Of a DNA stretch of 38,585 bases, positions 1-6,316 are shown in pieces. The notes beneath the pieces are model-generated. The model worked only from the letters and a program-made list of their open reading frames with translations, was not told the origin of the DNA and ran no database searches. The first letter of the stretch is position 1; each line of letters starts with the position of its first letter. A program made the translations under genes and the position numbers. Source of the stretch: a virus. The DNA is taken from the IMG/VR virus record IMGVR_UViG_3300045988_036717; one strand, given 5' to 3'.

Positions 1-55
1 GCTCAGTCCAATAACTTGGTATCTATCTTCAACTTCTTTAGGAACGTAAGCAACC
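1..55. repeat. Terminal overlap: bases 1-55 are identical to 38531-38585 (circular closure of the contig)
   Basis: Both ends read gctcagtccaataacttggtatctatcttcaacttctttaggaacgtaagcaacc. A minus-strand ORF reads in frame through the junction. Confidence 0.95.
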
Positions 56-336
56 GTTACTGTCATGTTGTACATCAACGCCAAGTGGTGCTCACAATGG
101 CTAAATACATTTTTTACTTCTTTGACGACCAAAGCATCAGATGGAACTGTAAATTTCTTATCATACATGTTCGCAATTTCTGCATTAGTGTAGTTGTTTC
201 CTTCCAAAAGTTCTTTCCAGTATTTCACAACCCTTCTAGGTGTCTCAATTAGTCCTTCTCTGTTTACATCTTCTCCAAAACTTTCAACAAGAAGTCGGAC
301 AGCTTTCTCACATTTTTCTTCATCAAATTTATTCAT
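1..336 (-). CDS. folE: GTP cyclohydrolase I (FolE), N-terminal 112 codons; continues at 38530 after circular closure
   Basis: ATG at 336-334 preceded by an AAGAGGAG SD. My translation is MNKFDEEKCEKAVRLLVESFGEDVNREGLIETPRRVVKYWKELL...VFSHCEHHLALM...RYQVIGLS, which carries the ETPxRV and CEHH motifs typical of FolE. Confidence 0.9.
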   Translation of the reverse strand, partial: MNKFDEEKCEKAVRLLVESFGEDVNREGLIETPRRVVKYWKELLEGNNYTNAEIANMYDKKFTVPSDALVVKEVKNVFSHCEHHLALMYNMTVTVAYVPKEVEDRYQVIGLS

Positions 337-337
337 G

Positions 338-991
338 TCATACTCCTCTTTTCTGCGGGTCCCAAATAACTTTATGCAACTGTATCTGTACTCTATATTT
401 CTCGGTATCTAAACCGTCGTTATGTAGTTCTTTAAGGAAGCTGACTAAGTTTCTTGCATCACACTTACCGAATATTGGTGATAGATATACGTAGCATTTT
501 GGCCTGTATGTCATGAGCAGATTTTTCACATACGGAAAATCAATTTCTGAGCATACAATCTTTAGACAGTCACTTTCCTTGAGAAGACATAAGTTTTCAT
601 ATTTCATATGTCCGTGCATTATACTTGTTGGTGTCTTCCAGTCCATCGTAATTGTAAGCCCTTGTGCTATATCAGACGGTACACTAATAGAGCCATTTGT
701 CTCAAGATTTACGTGAAATCCTTCATCAATCAATTTTTTAAGAAGGATCATTGAATTTTCTTGAAATAGTGGTTCACCACCAGTTAACGTAATACGCCTA
801 TTGCCTAATTTGTGACACTTTTTGATAATATCATCAATATCCATTTCGTTTCCTTCATTAAAAGCGTATGCGGTGTCACAATACGAACATCTCAAGTTAC
901 AACCTGTCAATCTTATAAATGTTGCAAGGGCACCAGTTGTAATCCCCTCACCGTCAATACTAGAAAAGATCTCATTTACTTTCATCTTCAT
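338..991 (-). CDS. queE: 7-carboxy-7-deazaguanine synthase (QueE, radical SAM)
   Basis: MKMKVNEIFSSIDGEGITTG...FIRLTGCNLRCSYCDT has the CX3CX2C radical-SAM cluster in a QueE-type N-terminus. I trimmed the ORF-track start to ATG 991. The TGA stop lies 1 nt before the folE ATG. Confidence 0.9.
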   Translation of the reverse strand: MKMKVNEIFSSIDGEGITTGALATFIRLTGCNLRCSYCDTAYAFNEGNEMDIDDIIKKCHKLGNRRITLTGGEPLFQENSMILLKKLIDEGFHVNLETNGSISVPSDIAQGLTITMDWKTPTSIMHGHMKYENLCLLKESDCLKIVCSEIDFPYVKNLLMTYRPKCYVYLSPIFGKCDARNLVSFLKELHNDGLDTEKYRVQIQLHKVIWDPQKRGV

Positions 992-1316
992 AAATAGCAA
1001 TGTTCCCCTCACTTTCTTGGACAGATACCTTGTAACACTTATCACCAATTTCATCGTGAATCCATTTAGCCATATTTTCTGCTGTAGGATTTATTTCTCC
1101 AATGATGTTGTTAATATATTGGTGGTCTAGCTTGTTGTGGATTCTTTTTTTAATTTCAGTGAAGTCCATAACCATTCCATTATGATCTAGTTCTTCGCTT
1201 TTTAGATATATTGTGACAATCCAATTGTGACCGTGAATATTTGAGCACTTGCTTTCATAGTCCAATTTAAGATTATGAGCTCCTGCAATTTCCATTCGCT
1301 TACTTACGTAATACAT
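972..1316 (-). CDS. queD: 6-carboxy-5,6,7,8-tetrahydropterin synthase (QueD)
   Basis: MYYVSKRMEIAGAHNL...CSNIHGHNW carries the QueD/PTPS zinc motif. ATG 1316 has an AAGGAGG SD at 7-nt spacing. The track start 1346 is a TTG. Confidence 0.9.
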   Translation of the reverse strand: MYYVSKRMEIAGAHNLKLDYESKCSNIHGHNWIVTIYLKSEELDHNGMVMDFTEIKKRIHNKLDHQYINNIIGEINPTAENMAKWIHDEIGDKCYKVSVQESEGNIAIYEDESK

Positions 1317-1329
1317 TTTCTTTTCCTCC

Positions 1330-1860
1330 TTATTCTTCGTATTCAACTGGGTCTTTTACCCCGTTTGCTTCAAACGCTTTCTTTCTATCAATGCAAGTTC
1401 CGCATTTTCCACACTGTTTTTCTCCGCCTTCATAGCATGACCATGTAAGATCATAAGGAGTTCCTAATTCAAGACCCAATTTTACTACGCCCGTTTTGTT
1501 TAGCTCAACCAATGGAGCGACGACATGAACAAGCCCATAAGTCCCAATATTGATAGCTTTACCCATCGTGTCGGTAAACTCTTTGCTACAATCTGCATAA
1601 GCATTTCCAGCTGAGTCATCCGCATGTGCTCCTAGATATATTTCACATTCTTCATCTTCATATAGTGATTGAGCTAGACTTGCAACCGTGCTAAGAATAA
1701 GCCCATTTCTGAAAGGAACGTAAGTTTCAACCTTTCCTTCTCCGTTTTTGGCAATTTGCTCGGCATATGATTCATGCTTTATTTCTTTTGTAGATCGTTC
1801 CAGTAACGAGCAGTTTGAATACTGCATGATACTTGATAAGTCAAATTCATAATGTTTCAA
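1330..1860 (-). CDS. queC: QueC-like (7-cyano-7-deazaguanine synthase) C-terminal fragment, 5'-truncated; possibly a pseudogene
   Basis: It retains VPFRNGLIL and the C-terminal zinc cluster CYEGGEKQCGKCGTCIDR. It begins at about residue 55 of canonical QueC, so the SGGxDS PP-loop is absent. The listed start is a TTG with no SD, and a TAA lies 4 codons upstream in frame. Confidence 0.75.
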   Translation of the reverse strand: MKHYEFDLSSIMQYSNCSLLERSTKEIKHESYAEQIAKNGEGKVETYVPFRNGLILSTVASLAQSLYEDEECEIYLGAHADDSAGNAYADCSKEFTDTMGKAINIGTYGLVHVVAPLVELNKTGVVKLGLELGTPYDLTWSCYEGGEKQCGKCGTCIDRKKAFEANGVKDPVEYEE

Positions 1861-2569
1861 TCTTTTGAAACTTTAACCATTCTTCAATATTGTGATGATT
1901 ACCTTCTATGTAGTTCCTTATCCTTTGGTCCTTATGTCTTATACTTTTCAATGTGCCATCTTGAAACATGTATAACGTTCCAAATTTTGAACCGCTTAGC
2001 CATGGTGTGCTATCCACTGAATAAAAATGGTATCTTTTTAACGCTTTCAGATTTGTAAATCCAAGTCCATGAACTTTGCATCCATTTTCTTTTGCTATGC
2101 TTAACATTGGGCTAAAATATTTGTACTCCTTGCGTTTTATTTCTTTAGTCACAATTCCACCGATCGCAACATAATCATACTCTTTAGTTAGCTTGCGCCA
2201 TTCCTCAAGTCCTCTTGATTTGTGCCAAACTGGAATACACTTTTTTCCAGTCCCTTTTTCAAGCACTGTCCGCATTTCTTTTACTTTTTCATGCCCTACG
2301 ATACTGTCTATATCAAGTTCAAAGAAATACTTTATATCATACTTGTTTATGAAATTTATGTAGTCCTTTAGATACTGATTGAAATCTATTTTTCCTTTGT
2401 TACTGTTCATGAACGTAAACGCCCCGCTATCAAGCAAGAACATTTTGCATTCCTTGATATACGGAATCTGCCACTCTTTTATTGAGTAAAAGCTTTCTAA
2501 GATATAATCATTTTTGTGTTCTTCTACAACATATTTATGTGCATACGTACCAGCCATGAATATCTTCAT
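1847..2569 (-). CDS. dpdA: DpdA-like DNA-guanine transglycosylase (TGT paralogue)
   Basis: MKIFMAGTY...FLLDSGAFTF (a DSGxF motif like the TGT DSGGF) ...VHGLGFTN. It sits inside a folE/queD/queE/queC cluster. ATG 2569 has an AAGGAG SD. The track N-terminal extension overlaps the ParB-like gene and was rejected. Confidence 0.7.
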   Translation of the reverse strand: MKIFMAGTYAHKYVVEEHKNDYILESFYSIKEWQIPYIKECKMFLLDSGAFTFMNSNKGKIDFNQYLKDYINFINKYDIKYFFELDIDSIVGHEKVKEMRTVLEKGTGKKCIPVWHKSRGLEEWRKLTKEYDYVAIGGIVTKEIKRKEYKYFSPMLSIAKENGCKVHGLGFTNLKALKRYHFYSVDSTPWLSGSKFGTLYMFQDGTLKSIRHKDQRIRNYIEGNHHNIEEWLKFQKIETL

Positions 2570-2573
2570 GCCC

Positions 2574-3059
2574 CTACTCCTTGATGAACTGCTTGTGACA
2601 GTAAGGACATGTGATAGTATCTGTTTCTTTCTCCTCTTTCTTTGACTCTTCCGCTTCGGTGAAGAAGTCATCGAGATTTACTTCCTCGTTATCTGGAAAT
2701 CCAAGTTCTGACATATCAATGTCAATGTTGTCTAACTCCTCGCTAAGAATATCCATGTTGAATCCAGTGTTCATTGTGGTTTGATTGTGGACAAGCGTAT
2801 ATGCTCTTCTTTGTTCGTCTGTAAGATCATCTAAACGAATAACTGGAACTTCTTTCATACCTAATTCCTTGCAAGCCTGTAACCGTCCATGACCTTCAAC
2901 AATTAGATTGTCTTTTCCCCAGATGCCAATAGGGTCATTCATGCCGAATTCCCGAATTGAATTTTTAATTTGCTCAATCTGTTCAGGTGTGTGAATCTTT
3001 GCATTCTTTTCGTATACTTTTAGCTGCTCAATAGGAATGTGATCTACTTTTAACTTCAT
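2574..3059 (-). CDS. ParB/Srx N-terminal-domain protein with C-terminal CxxCH knuckle (DpdB-like candidate)
   Basis: IPIEQLKVYEKNAKIHTPEQIEQIKNSIREFGMNDPIGIW...VEGHGRLQACKELGMKEVPVIRLDDLTDEQRRAY is a ParB-like nuclease-domain signature. It is followed by an acidic linker and ITCPYCHKQF. The SD is GGAGGAGG. Confidence 0.75.
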   Translation of the reverse strand: MKLKVDHIPIEQLKVYEKNAKIHTPEQIEQIKNSIREFGMNDPIGIWGKDNLIVEGHGRLQACKELGMKEVPVIRLDDLTDEQRRAYTLVHNQTTMNTGFNMDILSEELDNIDIDMSELGFPDNEEVNLDDFFTEAEESKKEEKETDTITCPYCHKQFIKE

Positions 3060-3085
3060 TGAATTGTTCCTCCTCCATTCTGAAA

Positions 3086-3101
3086 TGTTCCACGTGGAAC
3101 A
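3086..3101. promoter_or_regulatory. parS-like 16-bp perfect palindrome TGTTCCACGTGGAACA
   Basis: It matches the Firmicute parS consensus TGTTNCACGTGAAACA at 15 of 16 positions. It lies 27 nt upstream of the ParB-like ATG. Confidence 0.6.
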
Positions 3102-3116
3102 CTTTTCGCTTTTTTT

Positions 3117-3131
3117 GTTTCTTTTTGAAAC
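3117..3131 (-). promoter_or_regulatory. GTTTC-N5-GAAAC motif copy (perfect arms)
   Basis: The plus strand reads gtttctttttgaaac. It lies in the leader of the ParB/DpdA operon. Confidence 0.6.
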
Positions 3132-3151
3132 AGAAAAACGGCTATATTCAC

Positions 3152-3181
3152 ATTATAATGCAAAATTTACCGTTTTTCCAA
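3152..3181 (-). promoter_or_regulatory. Predicted sigma-70-type promoter for the deazaguanine operon
   Basis: The minus strand reads TTGGAA (3181-3176), an 18-nt spacer, then TATAAT (3157-3152). Confidence 0.5.
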
Positions 3182-3270
3182 AAAATCATGAGATTTTATT
3201 AATTTTGTGTATTTACTTATGGATGTTACATCTTGGTGTCACACCAGACAATGCCCGTTACCCTCGGGGG

Positions 3271-3651
3271 TTACTTCAGCTTCTCGATTCTATGCATAGC
3301 TAGCTTCTTTAGATATTCTTTTTCAATCATACCTGCATCAGCTAACCTGTGACAGCTTTTGCATAAGCATATAAGGTTATCATCATTCAACCATAGCTCT
3401 GGCTTATCCTTCAGCTTCTCTATGTGATGCACTTCTATGTTACGGTAGTTATATATGCCTTTGTCTTTGCATACTTCACATAGATAGTTTGCATCCTCTC
3501 TGATCTGTTTGCTCTTCTCTGTCCATGCACTCTTGCTTCTCAGCCTTGACTCTTTGTAGCTGTACTTGTAGTGTTTCTTTTCTACATGGCATACATAACC
3601 TTTCGGATGTATCTTTCCACATCTGCTACAAGCATAGTACCCTTGTGCCAT
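3271..3651 (-). CDS. HNH endonuclease (packaging-associated type)
   Basis: CEVCKDKG...IEVHHIEKL...NLICLCKSCH is an HNH/zinc-finger motif. The start overlaps the endolysin stop (TAATG). Confidence 0.85.
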   Translation of the reverse strand: MAQGYYACSRCGKIHPKGYVCHVEKKHYKYSYKESRLRSKSAWTEKSKQIREDANYLCEVCKDKGIYNYRNIEVHHIEKLKDKPELWLNDDNLICLCKSCHRLADAGMIEKEYLKKLAMHRIEKLK

Positions 3652-4724
3652 TACTTAACTCTCAGCTTTTGTCCTGCATAAATGATGTTCGGATTGCTGA
3701 TGCCATTCATAGCCTGTAGCTTCTGCCATGTTGTGCCATATCTGGATGCAATACCTGACAATGTATCACCACTTCGTACAGTGTAATATACTGCCTGAGA
3801 TGCACCTAGCTTCTGGTTGACGATATTCTGAATGGTATTATAGTCATACCCTGCCTGTTCCAGTCTGTTCTTACGGCTGTTACCGTCTCCCCACTGTCCA
3901 GCAATTACCTCGCTTGCAATCTGTTCATTTGACTTTCTGACAGGTGTAACCTTCTTGTTTACAATGTCCTGAATCACATTGTAGTCATATCCTGCTTGTG
4001 TAAGTCTATTCTTGCGATCTTCGCCATTTCCCCAAGCTCCTGCAATAACCTCATCTGCAATCTGCTCATTGCTTTTTTTAACAGGTGTTGGTGTAACTGG
4101 TTTTGTTTCACCGTTTGGATTTGCGTACTTGCGCCATGCTGTAGCATCCATATAGGCAATGTCTAAGTCAAGGTTGCCAGCATATCCTGCCAGTCTTCCA
4201 CAACTTGAATACTGCCTGATAGCACATGTATAATAGCCCTCATTCCATGGATGTTCCTGATATCCTGTCGGATTATTATTCGCATATTGTGCAATCCATA
4301 GTCCATAGTCTCCAATGCCAGAGACTTCGTTATACAAACTTGCTGATGCATAGATTAAAGGTTTAACCCCAGTTTTTTCTACAATTCGATTGCACCAGTC
4401 ACTGATCCATGTTCTAGCTTGACCACCTGTTCCGCACAGTGCATTGCTCTGCCACTCCCAGTCTAAACAAAGAATAGCTTCGCCGATATATCCTTGAATG
4501 TTGCTCAAGAAATAATCTGCTTCTGCTACTGCATTCCCACCATTTGCATAGTGATATACGCCTAATAGCTTTCCATTTGCTTTTGCCTGCTGATAGGCTC
4601 TGTCACAGTCTGGATTCACATAGTATGTACCTTCTGTAGCTTTACAAATTACAAAGTCACATGGTACAACACTTAAATTAATTCCTGCCTGATAGTTTGA
4701 AATATCAATTCCGTTTAATGTCAT
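3651..4724 (-). CDS. Endolysin: GH25 muramidase + 2x CW_7 repeats + LysM
   Basis: [17 protein letters not shown]...ICKATEG...CLDWEW indicates GH25. Two copies of SNEQIA.EVIAG.WG.G..RKNRL.QAGYDYN.IQ.IVN indicate CW_7. C-terminal [28 protein letters not shown] indicates LysM. I trimmed the start to ATG 4724 (AGAGAGGA SD). Confidence 0.9.
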   Translation of the reverse strand: MTLNGIDISNYQAGINLSVVPCDFVICKATEGTYYVNPDCDRAYQQAKANGKLLGVYHYANGGNAVAEADYFLSNIQGYIGEAILCLDWEWQSNALCGTGGQARTWISDWCNRIVEKTGVKPLIYASASLYNEVSGIGDYGLWIAQYANNNPTGYQEHPWNEGYYTCAIRQYSSCGRLAGYAGNLDLDIAYMDATAWRKYANPNGETKPVTPTPVKKSNEQIADEVIAGAWGNGEDRKNRLTQAGYDYNVIQDIVNKKVTPVRKSNEQIASEVIAGQWGDGNSRKNRLEQAGYDYNTIQNIVNQKLGASQAVYYTVRSGDTLSGIASRYGTTWQKLQAMNGISNPNIIYAGQKLRVK

Positions 4725-4737
4725 TTTTTTGTCCTCT

Positions 4738-5094
4738 CTAATGATTCTGTGCCCGTTCATTTTCCAGCTCCTTGATTCTTGCTTCGTGATCATCCTTGTA
4801 CTTAAACAGTGTTTTTACACGCTCCGAAACAAGAACGAGCTGTTCTGATACTTTTTTTAGTTGTTCAGTCTTTTCACCATTTTCTGCCATCATCTTTTTT
4901 GTTGTGTCACAAAAATCGTCCAGTTTCACATTGATTTTCACAAAATTTTTTTCGACATCCAACTGCCGAGTCTTTTCTCGCTCTGCCTGTTCTTCCTGAC
5001 GCTTTTTGCCACCTGCAAAGGTGTTGATTAACGTACATGCCAGTGATGTCAAGGAAATAAGTAATGCGATGCTTACGCTTGCTTCAGGAGTCAT
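4738..5094 (-). CDS. Membrane-anchored coiled-coil protein in the lysis cassette (holin accessory?)
   Basis: It has an N-terminal hydrophobic helix ([24 protein letters not shown]) followed by a charged coiled-coil region. It lies between the holin and the endolysin. Confidence 0.5.
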   Translation of the reverse strand: MTPEASVSIALLISLTSLACTLINTFAGGKKRQEEQAEREKTRQLDVEKNFVKINVKLDDFCDTTKKMMAENGEKTEQLKKVSEQLVLVSERVKTLFKYKDDHEARIKELENERAQNH

Positions 5095-5298
5095 TTATTC
5101 CACCTTTTTATAGTTTGCTGAGCTAATTTGTAGACATGCTCCAATACATGTACCAACTGCCGAAATAGTTCCTGCAATCGCTTCTGCATAATCCCATCCC
5201 CAAATTTTGCCGAGCGTGATAATTAATGCTGAAAATGCGTTCGTTCCAACAAGTGCAACCCATTTAAGTTTGTCATATGTTTTATTAGAAAATACCAT
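5095..5298 (-). CDS. Holin (Dp-1-like family)
   Basis: MVFSNKTYDKLKWVALVGTNAFSALIITLGKIWGW...AVGTCIGACLQIS has the TYDxLKW N-terminus and two TM segments. ATG 5298 has a GAAGG SD. The track start 5319 has no SD. Confidence 0.7.
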   Translation of the reverse strand: MVFSNKTYDKLKWVALVGTNAFSALIITLGKIWGWDYAEAIAGTISAVGTCIGACLQISSANYKKVE

Positions 5299-5341
5299 AT
5301 TTTGCCTTCTTTCATACATAAATTATACTATAATTATTACC

Positions 5342-5369
5342 AAAAAAAAGGGCTTTTATCCCCTTTTTT
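5342..5369 (-). terminator. Weak A/T-flanked hairpin between the early genes and the lysis cassette
   Basis: The sequence aaaaaaaagggcttttatcccctttttt forms an AAAAGGG/CCCTTTT stem flanked by A and T runs. Confidence 0.35.
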
Positions 5370-5381
5370 CTTTGCCTTTAT

Positions 5382-5549
5382 TTATTTCTGTTCGATAATA
5401 ATTTTTCCTTTTTCTGCCTTCACTTTTATTTCTTTTTCAGGATCAAGCCCAGATTCCGCCACAATCTTTTTTGATATTGTCGTAGTATACGTGTTTACCT
5501 TTAAATCGCCACCTACAGTTCTGTATTTCATTTTTGCAAGTTTAGCCAT
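5382..5549 (-). CDS. Small AbrB/SpoVT/MazE-fold DNA-binding-like protein
   Basis: MAKLAKMKYRTVGGDLKVNTYTTTISKKIVAESGLDPEKEIKVKAEKGKIIIEQK resembles the looped-hinge-helix pattern (tIpkki.e.lGl..g..v.v....gkiiie). ATG 5549 has a GAGAGGA SD. Confidence 0.45.
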   Translation of the reverse strand: MAKLAKMKYRTVGGDLKVNTYTTTISKKIVAESGLDPEKEIKVKAEKGKIIIEQK

Positions 5550-5853
5550 TGTTTTCCTCTCTTTCATCATTCAAATACTCGAACTCTTTCAATAATTCAT
5601 TCTTTGTTTTCTCGAATTCTGATTCAATTTGCTTTTGTACATCAATCTTAGTTTGTCTGAACCATTTCTTTTTGAACTTAGTAACTGCTTCACGATAACG
5701 CTTTTCATCGCAGTCACACGACTGCCACCATTCTAAATCATGTAGCACTTTAACTAAATCTTTCATCATTTCGTTCAATTGAGAATCGAACATTCTGTTA
5801 ACGCATTCTTCTTCGACTCTGCAATATATATAACTATAACTTCCACCACTCAT
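5542..5853 (-). CDS. Hypothetical protein
   Basis: ORF of 103 aa. ATG 5853 has an AAGGAGGA SD. The track start 5856 is a TTG. Confidence 0.6.
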   Translation of the reverse strand: MSGGSYSYIYCRVEEECVNRMFDSQLNEMMKDLVKVLHDLEWWQSCDCDEKRYREAVTKFKKKWFRQTKIDVQKQIESEFEKTKNELLKEFEYLNDEREENNG

Positions 5854-5890
5854 CAAACATCCTCCTTTGCAATTTCTTATTTGTTGTCAT

Positions 5891-6316
5891 TTAAATCCAT
5901 CCTAATTCCTCGCATTGCTTATTAATCGCTCTTAATTCTGCAATAGTAATATCTTTTGGATTTCCAAACCAAGATACATATACTGTCTTTATTTCTAAAT
6001 CAAATTCAATTAACCATTCAATTACATTTCCGTTATGTCTTTCAAATTCAATACATCCATCTTTGATACGCTTTTTATAATCAAGATCATTAAACATCTG
6101 CTCGGCAGTTTTTTCTTCGCATTCCTCAAGCCAATCATGCGATACTCTTCTATATGTATACTTATATTTTCTAGCTTCATATTCAGCTTTGTTTAAATCA
6201 TCAATCAATCTACCATTCGCAACTTCCAATTCGTTGATTCACTCTGAAACAACTAAGGAATAAAGGAGCATTGAAGCTATACCACCTATAAAAATTCCTG
6301 CAAAAAAATAAATCAT
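5891..6316 (-). CDS. Paralog-family protein with N-terminal TM helix, interrupted by in-frame TGA at 6239-6241
   Basis: ATG 6316 has an AAGGAG SD and encodes MIYFFAGIFIGGIASMLLYSLVVSE, followed by TGA. The same frame continues INELEVANGRLIDD...ELRAINKQCEELGWI. The downstream part has only a TTG and no SD. Confidence 0.5.

Noticed and set aside
1-55. The 55-bp end duplication as a physical direct terminal repeat or LTR-like element.
   Set aside because: It falls in the middle of the folE coding sequence, and the ORF is continuous only if a single copy is kept. This fits an assembly overlap better. Physical termini cannot be inferred from this window.
1854-1871. GTTTC-aatctttt-GAAAC at the dpdA/queC junction as a tenth copy of the recurrent motif.
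   Set aside because: The spacer is 8 nt rather than 5, and the site is entirely coding. I noted it under the queC finding but did not count it.
338-2569. Genome-wide TGA reassignment (code 4 or 25) as the explanation for the three in-frame TGAs.
   Set aside because: - TGA clearly terminates queE, queD, dpdA, the protease, the head-tail adaptor, Tal and several paralog genes. In each case the next start is coupled to it (ATGA/TGATG overlaps).
- Reading through the dpdA TGA would give a long out-of-context extension.
- TGG is used normally for Trp.
- No suppressor tRNA is visible.
- Local read-through or pseudogenisation remains possible.
1847-2671. N-terminal extensions in the ORF track: dpdA to 2671, queE to 1054, Tal to 23725, ERF to 17731, cro-like to 18054, portal to 36215 and endolysin to 4793.
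   Set aside because: The extensions overlap the upstream gene or predicted promoters. They are basic or low-complexity, start at TTG/GTG or at an ATG without an SD. Internal ATG/GTG codons with good SDs coincide with the conserved N-termini.
3060-3270. tRNA, tmRNA or riboswitch (for example preQ1) in the intergenic regions 3060-3270, 10501-10599, 10924-11037, 13691-13861 and 19990-20250.
   Set aside because: I could not fold a cloverleaf-compatible arrangement, a GTTC-type T-loop with a matching acceptor stem, or a preQ1-type hairpin by eye. A covariance-model scan would be needed to exclude them formally.
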